A DNA stretch of 64,000 nt from Narcine bancroftii (Eukaryota). The notes under the pieces were generated by a model, which ran no database searches, was not told the DNA's origin, and saw nothing but the letters and a program-made list of their open reading frames with translations. Made by a program: the position numbers and the translations under genes. Location of the stretch: contig NC_091471.1 of NCBI RefSeq assembly GCF_036971445.1, positions 235,476,001 to 235,540,000 of the forward strand, written 5' to 3'. Position 1 is the stretch's first letter, and each line of letters opens with the position of its first letter. Shown here in pieces: positions 26,366 to 38,880 of this stretch.

Positions 26366-26479
26366 CCCTCTTTCCCTCTCCCCTCTCTCTGCCCGGTCTC
26401 TCTCTCCCCTTCTCCCTTCTCTCCCCTCCTCCCCTCTTTCTCTCCCCTCGTCCCCTCTTTTTCTCTCTCTCTCTCCTTC

Positions 26480-26517
<38 letters not shown>

Positions 26518-26599
26518 CCCCTCACCTCTTCCCCCTCCTCCCCTCTCTCCTCTCCCTCTCCCCATCTCTCCCTCTCCCCTCTCCCCGCACCCCCTTCAG

Positions 26600-26700
26600 G
26601 AATATCGGGGAAAAGCCAATCACTCTTTGCTGTGGTGTTCACTGCCCGCTATCTGGACCTCTTCACCAACTTCATCTCACCCTACAACACCTGTATGAAG
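26600..26700 (+). CDS. KDELR1: KDEL receptor 1 exon 2
   Basis: ttcag|...|gtaggg; 101 nt, [34 protein letters not shown] (KDELR1-type [14 protein letters not shown]). Confidence 0.95.
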
Positions 26701-26723
26701 GTAGGGCCATCCCTCAGCACCAC

Positions 26724-29700
26724 TGTAGTGACCCTGCTGTAAGGGCCACCGAGTAAAAGACGTCAACACAGCGTGAGGGTACAGTTTACTGGTTTCAATT
26801 CTCCACGTCTCCGCACTAGCCCGCTCACTCTTGGCAACGTACCCGCCGGCTTCCAGAAGTGATGTCATAGCATTGCGGCGTCACTCTCCGGCCAATGGGC
26901 TGCTACGCGGAGGTGGAAGGCCCCTTAGCCCGCACGTGGTGCTAGGTATGGGCTCCTTGGCAGTGAAGGGGAGCCCGCACCATCTTGTACCAGCAGGGTG
27001 TTGCAGAGATTCGACCTGTTTGCCTGCACAGTAGCTCAGCCCACGACACCCCGCCCCACCCCCCCACCCCAGAATCACCGCCGCTCTCTGAGCGGTTTGA
27101 CACAGTCTCTGGGCGGTCTACCTCTGTGTTTGATCCGGGGGTCTGGGGCTGGCAGGTGTGTGAATTTGAGGCGATTGACTGTGAATCTGTCCTGTCAGCT
27201 GCCAAGGTCCAATGAGATCACCACACCATCTCTCTGCAGTACCTTGAAGGGGCCACTGTACAGGTACTATAGGTGGGGGGGTTCCTTGCTGTGCTCTGCA
27301 TATGAATATATAGTAGGTAGGCTGCAGATCCACTGGAACGTGGCTGTGGCTGGGTGGCGAGCCGTGTCTGGACGGTGGCCGGGGTAGGGGGGAGGTGAAC
27401 ACCCGTTTGTTCTCTTAGCCTGTGCAGGACATCTAACACGCGGGTTTGCGGGTTGAAATGTAGGTCCCCTGGGATGGAGAGTGGTGCACCATACACCTTC
27501 CCTGCGGACGATTGCTGGCAGGTCCTCCTTCGATGTCACGTGGATCCCGAGCTGTACCTAAGGGAGCTCGTCCATCCAGTTTGGCGAGTCAGTCAGGCTT
27601 TCAAGATGGCCTTCAGGTGGCAGTGGAACCGTTCGACCAGGCCATTTGCTTGGGGACGATAGGCTGTCATGTGGTGGACCTGGCTGCTGCAGAATTTCGC
27701 CAGATTGGACCGGAGGGAGGACGTGAACTGCACCCTTCGGTCTGATGTGATGTTGGTCGGGACTCCGAAACATGCAATCTAGGTGGTGAGGAAAGCCCAG
27801 GCGCATGTCTCTGTGTCGCACGCAGCCGTGGGTATCGCCTTTGGCCAGCGGTTGAATTTGTTGATGGTCGTGAACAGGTACCTCATACCTTTGGCTTACT
27901 GGGAGGGGGCTGACGATGTCAAGGTGGACATGTTTGAACCTGCATTGCGCCAGCTCAAAAGTCTAGAGGGTTTTGGTGTGCTGGTGCACCTTGGCATGCT
28001 GGCACTGTAAGCAGGTCTGAGCCCATGGTAACGATTCGGCAGAGCCCGTGCCACATGAACTTGTCCGAGAGCAGGTGGACCGTGGACCTTATGGAGGGGT
28101 GCGATAAGCCGTGGATCTGGTTGAAAACCCACCATTGCTTGATCGGGGGTGAGATGTTGCACAGCAGGGTTAGTTCTCCTGGTGTGGGGCAGAAATCTCT
28201 GACCTTCAGGTTGGTGATGGCTGTCTGGTACGCCTGGACAACTGTGTCCTCCCTCTAGTCCTTGGCGAACTGGGCGACATCTAGCCCTCCATAGGTTGCG
28301 GCGACAGCGGCTGAGACAACGTGTCAGCTACTATGTTGGCCTTGCCGGCAATGTGGCGGATATCCGTGGTGAATTCTGATAGGTAGGAGTGGCGCTGCTG
28401 TTGTCTGGCTGACCACGGGTCAGAGACCTTGTTCAGTGCGTAGGTCAACGGTTTGTGTAGGCAGTGAACACTCTCCCCTCTAGCATGTAGCGGAAGTGCC
28501 GTATCACCAGTTACAAGGCCAGCAGTTCGTGGTCAAACGCACTGTACATGATCTCTGGTGTTCGGAGGTGCTTACTGAAGAAGGCAAGGGGTCACTAGTG
28601 CTCGACGACCCATTGCTCTAGCACCGCACCCACCACTCTGTCTGAAGTAACCGTTGTGAGGTGGGATCCGGATGCGTTTGTACCATGGCTATCGCCAGTG
28701 CTGACATGGTGCCGTGGAAAGCCTCTGTTTCCTCTGGCGTCCACTGGAGCGTCTTGTCACCGAATTTGACGGCTAAACAGGGGCTGCGTGAGGTTGGAAG
28801 CGATGATAGAAGTTGACTATCCCCAGGAACACCTGCATTCCTTTGGTTGTGCTCGGCTTAGGGAAGTTCTGGATGGCCTCCACCTTATCGAGTAGTGACG
28901 TGGTGCCTTCTAGGGTGGTGCAGTGCCACAGAAAGATTACTGTTTGCAGGCCGAACTGGGGCGGGTTCACTGTGAAGCCCGAACTGCTGCAGCCTGTTGA
29001 ACAGGCGGGTGAGGAGCGTCCAGTGGGAGCTAGCGTCGGGGCTAGGAATGACTATGACGTCTAGATAAACGAAGATGAAATTGAGGTCCCTGCGGATCAC
29101 GTCCATCAGCCGCTGGAATGTCTGGGTTGCGTTTTTGAGTCCAAAAGGCATTCTTAGGAATTCAAAGAGGCCGAAGAGTGTGATGACGGTCGTCTTCTGG
29201 ACATCGCTTGGGTGTACCGGGATCTGGTGGTACCCCTTTGCGAGGTCCACCTTGGAGAATACCCTCGTGGCAAAGTCCTGGACGAGTGGGATGGGGTACC
29301 TGACCGGGACCGTCGCCTCATTTAGAAGTCAGTAGTTGCCACATGGACGTCAACCGCCAGAGGTCTTCTGCACCATGTGGAGCAGGGAGGCCCATGGGCT
29401 GTTGGAACACCGGGAGATCCCAAACTCCTCTGTGGCGGCGAACTTGGCCTTGGCTTGTGGGAGCTTGTCTGACAGGAAACGCCAGGCTCGTGCATGCCCT
29501 GGGGGGCCGGTGGTCTCTATGTGATGTTCCACGCCAAGTGGTGGGTTGGAGTCATGGAAGTTCGGTGTCAATAGAGCCAGGTATTTGGCCAGTAGGGAGG
29601 CCTACTCACCTGGGTCCAGGGCATAGATTCCCAGTTGCAGGAAAGAGCGACTCTGCAGGGGGAGGGGGAAAGACTGGAACGTTGTGGCATTTACTAACCA

Positions 29701-31091
29701 GCATCTTGTCATGTCCACCAGCAGTTCGTGAGCCCAGAGGAAATCCGCTCCGAGTAATGCCTGTCCCACGTCTGCGATGGTTCACTCCCACTGGAAAACC
29801 TTGTCTGCAATGTGGATGGTGACCAGGCGGGTCCCGTAGCTGGGGATGGAGGACCTGTTGGCCGCTTGCATGGGAAGGCCTTTGTTGTTGTGTCTCGCCT
29901 CAAAATACGTGGGCGGGATGAGGCTAATCTCTGCGCCCGTGTCGACAAGGAAGTCCCTCTTGATCCTCTGGTCTCTAAGGTAGAGTGGGCCTTTCTGAGC
30001 ACCAACTGCTGAGGCCACTATTGGCGGCTGGCCTGCTAATTTCCATGTTGGTTTTGGTGGTGGGGTACGAGTGTGGGGGGGTGGGGAGTGCACCACCGGG
30101 CATTCCTGCCCCTGTTCTTCTCCGCGCGCCCTTTCTGTTGCCACCGTGCCATGGCTACCGCTGGTGTTTCTGGTGGGCTGGACGGGGGTGTGTGGTGGTG
30201 GAACAGCTTGTCTGCCTCCTTGGCTACGAGGTGTGGGGCGCTGAAATCCATGTCCGAAACTGCCAAGGATACGTGCACTGGTAGTTTCGAGAGGAACAGG
30301 GCCTCGAACAGGAAACAGTCAGTGTTCCCGTCTGCCAGGGCCACCACCTCATGCATTAGCTCAGAGGGGTTTCTGTCGCCCAGGCCCTGAGGATTCTGAT
30401 GGCGCTCATGCTGGCTGAGCTCTCGGGTGTGGAGGATGAAAAGTCGGAACTGCTCGTACTTTCGCTCTATTGGCAAGTTCTCCATGAAGGAGCTTACTTT
30501 GGCAGCGGCGGCGGTGTCCAGAGCGCTGATGACGTGCCCAAACTCTTTGTCCTCTGAGACGATTCTCCTGATGTGGAACTGGGACTCAGCCAGCTGCAGC
30601 CAGATCCTGGGCTGGCTTGCCCAGAGCAGCGGGAGATGTACGCCCACCGCGTTGGTCGCGAGCACTGCAACTGCGGATTCAGCTGGTTTGCTGCATGTTC
30701 GTGTGATCGATGCTGGTTCCAAAACATTGGAACCGTTGGGGTCACCACTGTAGTGACCCAATTGTAGCCTTGTTACTGAGTAGAGACATCCACACAGGGG
30801 AGGGTGAACCAAAGAATGACTTTACTGGCTTGAATTCCCTGTGTCTCCGCGCTGGCCTGCCCACTTCCGGTGACGTACCCGCCGGCTTCCGGACATGACG
30901 TCATTGCTTCATGGTGTCACTCTCCAGCTGGCGGGCTGTTACGTGAACATGGAAGGCTCCTTAGCCCGAATGTGCCGCTATGCGCGGTCTCCTCAGTGGT
31001 GAAGGAGAGCCCGCGCTATCTTGGACGGGCTGTGTGTTGCGGAGATTCAACCCAACACATTTACCCACACGGTCACTCAGCCCACTGCACA
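26724..31091 (-). mobile_element. Decayed full-length Gypsy/Ty3 LTR retrotransposon in KDELR1 intron 2
   Basis: LTRs 26724-27048 and 30749-~31091; PBS TGGTGACCCC (tRNA-Trp type) at 30747-30738; G-rich polypurine tract 27049-27070; gag LPLLWASQPRIWLQLAESQF, protease FLVDTGAEIS, RT DLAKGYHQIP..FLRMPFGLKNA; many stops and frameshifts. Confidence 0.9.
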
Positions 31092-31104
31092 CTGACTGTG
31101 TAAC

Positions 31105-33035
31105 AGGACTGGAGGAGAGGGAGCTTCACTCTGTGTCCACCCTGGGAGTGTGTGATGGGACGGGGGAGAGGGAGCTTCACTCTGTGTCCACCCCGGGAGT
31201 GTGTGACGGGATGGGGAAAAGGGACCTTCAATCTGTCCCACCCCGGGAGTGTGTGACAGGACGGGAAAGAGGGAGCTTCACTCTGTGTCCCACCCCAGGA
31301 GTGTGTGATGGGAGCTTCAATCTGTGTCCCACCCCAGGAGTGTGTGACGGGATGGGAAGAGGGACCTTCAATCTGTCCCACCCCGGGAGTGTGTGACGGG
31401 ACGGGAAAGAGTGAGCTTCAGTCTGTGTCCCACCCCAGGAGTGTGTGACGGGACGGGGGAGAGGGAGCTTCACTCTGTGACCCACCCCGGGAGTGTGTGA
31501 CGGGACGGGGGAGAGGGAGCTTCAATCTGTGTCGCACCCCGGGAGTGTGTGACGGGATGTGGGAGAGGGAGCTTCAATCTGTGTCCCACCCCGGGAGTGT
31601 GTGACGGGATGTGGGAGAGGGAGCTTCAATCTGTGTCCCACCCTGGGAGTGTGTGATGGGACGGGGGAGAGGGAGCTTCACTCTGTGTCCCATCCCGGGA
31701 GTGTGTGATGGGACGGGGGAGAGGGAGCTTCACTCTGTGTCCCACCCCGGGAGTGTGTGACGGGACGGGGAGAGGGAGCTTCACTCTGTGTCCCACCCCG
31801 GGAGTGTGTGACGGGATGTGGGAGAGGGAGCTTCAATCTGTGTCCCACCCTGGGAGTGTGTGATGGGACGGGGGAGAGGGAGCTTCACTCTGTGTCCCAT
31901 CCCGGGAGTGTGTGATGGGACGGGGGAGAGGGAGCTTCACTCTGTGTCCCACCCCGGGAGTGTGTGACGGGACGGGGAGAGGGAGCTTCACTCTGTGTCC
32001 CACCCCGGGAGTGTGTGATGGGACGGGGGAGAGGGAGCTTCACTCTGTGTCCCACCCCGGGAGTGTGTGACGGGACGGGGGAGAGGGAGCTTCACTCTGT
32101 GTCCCACCCCGGGAGTGTGTGACGGGACGGGGGAGAGGGAGCTTCACTCTGTGTCCCACCCCGGGAGTGTGTGACGGGATGTGGGAGAGGGAACTTCAAT
32201 CTGTGTCCCACCCCGGGAGTGTGTGACGGGATGTGGGAGAGGGAGCTTCAATCTGTGTCCCACCCTGGGAGTGTGTGATGGGACGGGGGAGAGGGAGCTT
32301 CACTCTGTGTCCCATCCCGGGAGTGTGTGATGGGACGGGGGAGAGGGAGCTTCACTCTGTGTCCCACCCCGGGAGTGTGTGACGGGACGGGGAGAGGGAG
32401 CTTCACTCTGTGTCCCACCCCGGGAGTGTGTGATGGGACGGGGGAGAGGGAGCTTCACTCTGTGTCCCACCCCGGGAGTGTGTGACGGGACGGGGGAGAG
32501 GGAGCTTCACTCTGTGTCCCACCCCGGGAGTGTGTGACGGGACGGGGGAGAGGGAGCTTCACTCTGTGTCCCACCCCGGGAGTGTGTGACGGGATGTGGG
32601 AGAGGGAACTTCAATCTGTGTCCCACCCCGGGAGTGTGTGACGGGATGTGGGAGAGGGAGCTTCAATCTGTGTCCCACCCCGGGAGTGTGTGACGGGACG
32701 GGGGAGAGGGAGCTTCAATCTGTGTCCCACCCCGGGAGTGTGTGATGGGACGGGTGAGAGAGAGCTTCACTCTGTGTCCCACCCCGGGAGTGTGTGACGG
32801 GACGGGGGAGAGGGAGTTTCACTCTGTGTCCCACCCCGGGAGTGTGTGACGGGACGGGGGAGAGGGAGCTTCACTCTGTGTCCCACCCCGGGAGTGTGTG
32901 ACGGGACGGGGGAGAGGGAGCTTCACTCTGTGTCCCACCCCGGGAGTGTGTGATGGGACGGGGGAGAGGGAGCTTCACTCTGTGTCCCACCCTGGGAGTG
33001 TGTGACGGGACGGGGGAGAGAGAGCTTCACTCTGT
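31105..33035. repeat. 52-bp minisatellite, about 37 homogeneous copies
   Basis: Unit gggagcttcactctgtgtcccaccccgggagtgtgtgacgggacgggggaga; ends ~30 nt before KDELR1 exon 3. Confidence 0.95.
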
Positions 33036-33064
33036 TGTCTGACCCTTTGCTGAATTCCTTGCAG

Positions 33065-33223
33065 GTTGTCTATATCAGCTGCTCCTATGGGACTGTCTGG
33101 TTGATTTATTCAAAATTTAAAGCCACATATGATGGGAATCATGACACATTTCGAGTGGAATTTTTGCTGGTGCCTGCAGCGATTTTGGCCTTTATCGTGA
33201 ATCACGACTTCACTCCTCTTGAG
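33065..33223 (+). CDS. KDELR1: KDEL receptor 1 exon 3
   Basis: gcag|...|gtgagc; 159 nt, VVYISCSYGTVWLIYSKFKATYDGNHDTFRVEFLLVPAAILAFIVNHDFTPLE. Confidence 0.95.
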
Positions 33224-33518
33224 GTGAGCGTGTTCTAGGACTGAGGGAGCCACACTGTCAGGGGGAGATGTATATACTCCGGGACCGCGGCCCATAATCG
33301 AGGCCCACCCTCCCCGGGGCCCAGACTGAGGGAGCCACTGTCGGGGAGGAGGGATCGGGGGGGGGGAAAGGAGATGTATATACTCTGGGAACTCCCTCCC
33401 CCCCTTCTCTGCCGTACATTTCCCTCCCCTCCCCTCTCTACTGTGCTCTTTCCCCCCACCTTTCTGCCGGTCTCCCCTTCCCCCATTGGACGTTGACAGA
33501 AGTTCTCTCCTGCCCCAG

Positions 33519-33771
33519 ATCATGTGGACCTTCTCCATTTACCTGGAGGCAGTGGCCATCCTGCCGCAGCTGTTCCTGGTGAGCCGGACAGGCGAGGCGG
33601 AGGCCATCACCAGCCACTATCTGTTTGCCCTGGGTCTGTACCGAGGACTCTACCTCCTCAACTGGCTGTGGAGGTACCAGACGGAGGCATTCTCCGATCT
33701 CATCGTTATCGTGGCTGGCATCGTGCAGACCGTCCTTTACTGTGATTTCTTCTACCTCTACGTCACCAAAG
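33519..33771 (+). CDS. KDELR1: KDEL receptor 1 exon 4
   Basis: cccag|...|gtcagc; 253 nt, [19 protein letters not shown]...[10 protein letters not shown]...[16 protein letters not shown]; SHYLFALG is KDELR1-like. Confidence 0.95.
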
Positions 33772-34949
33772 GTCAGCACCTCCCCTCCATCCATCCCCTC
33801 TCCATCCTCTTCTATCCATCCCTCCACTCTCCCTCCACTCTCCCTCCATCCCACCTCCCTCCCTCCATCCCTCTCTGTCCATCCTCCATCCCACATCCCT
33901 CTCCTGTCCCCCTACCTCTCCTCCGTCCACCCTCCATTCATCCTCTCTCTGTCCACCCTCCCCCCTCTATCACCCTCCCACCACACCCACTTCCCCCTCT
34001 GTCCATCCTCCCTCTCTCCGTTCCCCTCCCTCTCCTCCGTCCCCCTCCCTCTCCTCCGTCCCCCTCCCTCTCCTCCATCCCCCTCCCTCTCCTCCGTCCC
34101 CCTCCCTCTCCTCCGTCCCCCTCCCTCTCCTCCGTCCCCCTCCCTCTCCTCCGTCCCCTCCCTCTCCTCCGTCCCCTCCCTCTCCTCCGTCCCCTCCCTC
34201 TCCTCCGTCCCCTCCCTCTCCTCCATCCACCCTCCCTCTCCTCCATCCACCCTCCCTCTCCTCCATCCACCCTCCCCTCCCTCCTCCATCACCCTCCCAT
34301 ACCGCCGTCCCCTCTCTCTATCCCCCTCCCTCCGTTCCCACACCCCCTTCCCCCTCTCTCCCCCTCCCTTTGTTCTCCTCCCACACCTCCGTCCCCCTCT
34401 CTCTATTGCTCTCCGTCCATCCTCCCCTCTGTCCACCTCTCTCCATCCTGTTAATCCTCCCTCTCCTCTGTCCTCCATCCATCCACCCTCCCCTTCTTCC
34501 ATCACCCTCCCACTGCTCCGTTCCCCCTCTCTATCCCCCCCGTCCATTGTCCCCTCGTCCCCCTCTCTCCTCCGTCCCCCTCCCTGCATCCTCCCCTCCC
34601 TCCATCCATCTTTCCTTACCTCCAACCCCCTCACTCTCCCCCTCCCTCTTTCCTCTCCCTATCCTCCCTCTGTCGGGGACAGTTGGGGGGGCGTTTTCAG
34701 GGAAGGAGGGGTATGGTGGGGGAGATTCAGTGAGGGGCTTTTGTGAATGTGGGGGTTTCGGAGAGTATGGGTGTTTGGGGTGGTTGAGGGAGGGTGGGTG
34801 GTGGGGTGGGGCTTTGGTGGCTTCAGGTCAGAACAGATGGGGAGGGGCTTCAGTGAGGGTGGGGTTGGCGGAGGAGTGGATTTCGGTGAAGGATGCGTTT
34901 CCCAAGTTTATCACTAACTCTCCTTTCTCTTCCCCCCCCCCCCCCACAG

Positions 34950-34984
34950 TCTTGCAGGGAAAGAAGCTGAGTCTGCCGGCCTAG
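34950..34984 (+). CDS. KDELR1: KDEL receptor 1 last coding exon
   Basis: cacag|; VLQGKKLSLPA*; AATAAA at 35202 and 35239. Confidence 0.95.
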
Positions 34985-35369
34985 AGGTGGTCTCTGTTCC
35001 CCCTGGGGTGGGGGGGGGGGGAGAGAGGTGGTCACTGAGATCTGAGCTCTCGCTCACCTCCTGCTCACTCCCCCCTCCTCCCCGCTCTCACCCCCTCCCA
35101 CCACAGAGCAACCCCTGCCACCTCTCACCCTTCCCTGTCCGATTTCAAGGATCATTTCCATGGGTTGCCTCAGTCCTTCACCGTGGCCTGTTCTTTCTGT
35201 AAATAAATTGTAGGGTCTCATCTTCTGTGCGATATCGCAATAAAGTGTTCAGTGGCCAGGCATGAGTCTGTCTTGTTTTCCTGCACATCATCACTTAACG
35301 AAGACCTGTACACCTTCTTAACAACACTAGTGACCTGTGTGGTAGCTTCGAGTGTGTTGTCGTTTAGAG

Positions 35370-38300
35370 AGATTTCACATTTACTGTCGGAGTATGTACA
35401 TGACATCACATACAGTCCTGAGGTGCTTTTCCCTACGGGCATGGCTGAATCACCACTAACTGTACACAATGTAAACATGTATAAACAAACTGACTCTGCA
35501 ATACAGAGAGAACAAACAGACAATCAAGTGCTCAAGTAAGAGTCCCTGATTGAGACTGGAGTCTGATTGTGGAGGGGTGGCCGCTGTTCCTGAACCTGGC
35601 GGGAGTGAGTCTTGTGGCCCCTCGACCATTTTCCTGACAGCATCAGCGAGAACAGAGCGTGTGCTGGGTTGTGGGGGTCCTTGATGATCAAGCGCTCCCT
35701 CTGTAACCTCTGGCAACCCTTCAGACTGTCTACAGCAGGATCCACCTTTATGTCATCCACAAACTGCTGGACCCACCCTTCCACTTCCTCATCCAGGTCA
35801 TTTTTATAAAAATGACCGGCGCAGGGAACCAGAACGGGGAGTCCACGCCCCTCACCCCCTCCCTGCTGAAGATACGAGATGGGTCAGTGACTGCTGTGGC
35901 AAACCAGTGAGGGGTTCAGTGGTCCAAGCATTCACACAGGCTGTGGGCACCTTGCAGTTGCGGGACCTCTGCATGGGCTGCTGGTGACTGGGAGCCAGGT
36001 GTTGGAGCCGGGATTCCATTGAACGCAGAGGGCAAGAGGGGCTCCTGAGGGGTCCTGGGCTTCCTGATTGGTTTGGATCTGGAGCTTGGGTTGCCGATGG
36101 ATCGACCAGGCGGCTGTAGGAGTGTTGGAGGCAAATCCACGAGCACTCGGTGTCTCTGAAGTACTCCTGCTTCTCTTTCCCTTATTGTTAGGGGAACCTG
36201 GTGATGCTCTCGAGAATACATTGTCTGCCTTCCGGCAGGAAGAAGCCAATTTTGTGTAATCTTCAAGTTTATTAGTGTCCAAACTTGCCGAAACAGCTAT
36301 GTTTAAAAAAAACAGCAAATATATTTACATGATTTATATATAGTATATATAAAAATAACTATTTGTTAAATAAATAGTAGAATCTTGGAGGGTGAGTGTG
36401 GGCATCTCCTTTGGTTGTTCAGCATTCTCGCTGCCCATGGGAAGGAGCTGTTCCTCAGCCTGGTGGTGCTGGCTTGAATCCTCCTTTATCTCTTCCCCGA
36501 TGGGAGCAGCTGAACCATGCTGTGTGCAGGGTGGAAGGGTCCTCAATGATTTTGCGCCCCCTCTCCACAAAACAATCCCGGAAGATCACGTCTAAGGGAG
36601 GATGGGGAGACTCTGCCACCCTTATGGTTCTATGGATTGACCTCTGATTCATTTCTCTGCAGCAACCGTACCCACCCCATGATGCAGGTGGTCGGGCCGC
36701 TCTCGACAGAAGGTCGACATGAGCCTTGCCCGCCCTCCTCAGTCTTCTTAGGAAGTGCAGTCACTGTTGGGCCTTCCTGATGAGCGAGGAGATATGAGTC
36801 CACAATAGGTCACTAGTTAAGGAACTTGGTGCTTTCCACTACAGAATTGTTGATGTGTAGTGGAGGGTGGTCGTTCCTGGACCTCCTGAACTACACTATC
36901 CTCTCCTTTGTCTTGTCCACATTGAGTCTCGGGTTGTTCCGCTCGCACGATTTCACGAGATTTTCCACCTCTTCTTTGTAGTGTGATTTGTTACTGATGA
37001 GGCCGACGGCCATTGGGACCCTCTGAAAACTTGCTGACTCTGTTGGAGCTGGACCTGGCGATGAAGTTGTGGGTGAACAGGAGCGGGCTGAGCACTCAGC
37101 CCTCAGGTGCGAAGGTGCTTGACACTCTGCTACCGACCCGGGCAGACCCGCTAGGGAGTCTAGGATCCGGTTGAAGAAAGGGTCATTGAATCCCAGAGAG
37201 GACAACTTCTCCACCAGCCTCTGGGGAATGATCGTATTACATTGAAGTTGATGAACAGCAGCCTGGTGCCGTTCTCCAGCTGGGCCAGGACGGAGTGAAG
37301 GGACAAGGCTATAGCACTGTCTATGGAATGGTTCCATCAGTAGGTAACTTGAAATGGATCCAGAACACCACATCGTAAACATTATCCTCCCACCAGCACC
37401 TTCCTGTGTGGCTGCTAAATGTACCTCACTTGTTGCCCACACCACCTCCTTCACCACAGTCCAGGTCCCCAAGCAACGCTCAACTTGTGAATCCGCAGGG
37501 ACCATCTACCGCATCCGGTGCTCCCGTTGTGGTCTCTTCTATGTCGAAGAGTCGGTGCAGACTGGGAGGTCACTGTGCTGAGCACCTCTACTCCGCCTGC
37601 ACCCCAGTTGCCGACCATTTTGATTCTGTGCCCCGCTCCTCCGCTGGCATGTATGTCAACGGCCTTGTGCACTATCCCACCCAGACCACACGTCATTCAG
37701 AGGAACAACACCTGATTTTCCATCAGGGCGCTCCAGCCAGACGGCATTAACATCAACTTCATCGGTTTCTGCCGGCCCACTCCCCATTCTCCCTCCCTTC
37801 CCCATCCCTCTCCCTCCTTTCCTCCAGCTCTCTACCCCCCTTCCCTCTTGATTCACAGAGCCATCTCCCCTCCCTCTGTTTGCGGCTTCTCTACCTCTTC
37901 CCTTTGTGGGACTGCACTCCTCCCCCTCCACCGTATTGTTTGGACGCCTGCGGACATTTTTCCATACCTCACTGAAGGGCTCAAGCCCGAAATATCAGTT
38001 ATGTCAGATTCAGATGTATTGTCAGAGTACGTACATGGCACCACATACAACCCTGAGATTCCTGTGGCCCAGAGCAGAATTCGCACTTATTGGTAGTGCA
38101 AAAAAACAGCATAAACAGGGAAATTAAACAGATAACTAATGTGGACAAACTGACTCTCCAATACAGAGAGAACAAAAAGAAAATCGATCAAGTGCCCAAG
38201 TAAGAGCCCCTGATTGAGTTTGTCATTGAGGAGTCTGATGGTGGAGGGGTGGCCCCTGTTCCTGAACCTGCTGGTGCAAGTCTTGTGGCCCCTTGACCTC

Positions 38301-38880
38301 TTTCCTGATGGCAGCAGTGAGAACAGAGCGTGTGCTGCGTGGTGGGGGTCCTTGATGATCGCTGCTGCTTTCCGACGGCAGCATTCCCCGTAGATGTTCT
38401 CAGTGGTGGGGAGCTGTGTCCACTACTTTTTGGAGGGCTTTACACTCGGGGGTATTGGCATCCCCGTACCAAACAGTGATGCAGCCGGTCAGCAAACAGA
38501 GCAGATGGGGGTGGGGGGGCTCCAGTACAGATGGAGATTGTGGAGGGGACGTTCTTATCAATCCTCACTGATTGTGTTCTGGAGGTGATCCAATTACACA
38601 GTGGGGTGTTAACTCCCAGGGCTTGGAGTTTACTGATCAGTTTTGAGGGGATGATAGTGTTTAATGCTGAACCATAGTCGATAAAGAGTATCCCGATGTA
38701 TGCATCTTTGGTGTCCAGATGTTCCAGACAGTGAGATGGTATCTGCCGCAGACCTGTTGCTATGATAGGTGAACTGGAATGTATCCATGATCTGCTCCAT
38801 CACCAGCCTTTCAAAACACTTTGTCGCTGCGGATGTAAGAGCTGCTGGTCGATAGCGGGTTTTATCTTTTTTTTGGACAC
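35370..38880 (-). mobile_element. Multiple decayed Rex1-like and other LINE 3' fragments
   Basis: IIKDPHNPAHALFSL..SG, NTIIPQRLVEKLSSLG...ILD, NN..LNVDKTKE motifs; boundaries approximate. Confidence 0.7.

Noticed and set aside
25691-26756. Long Pro/Ser/Leu- and Gly/Arg/Glu-rich ORFs (also 33625-34746, 60375-62200, 9981-10490)
   Set aside because: By-products of stop-free low-complexity tandem repeats inside introns; open in several frames.
31105-33035. Regular arrays resembling CRISPR (also 3300-4560, 59020-60135)
   Set aside because: No unique spacers, no cas genes, vertebrate context; these are minisatellites.
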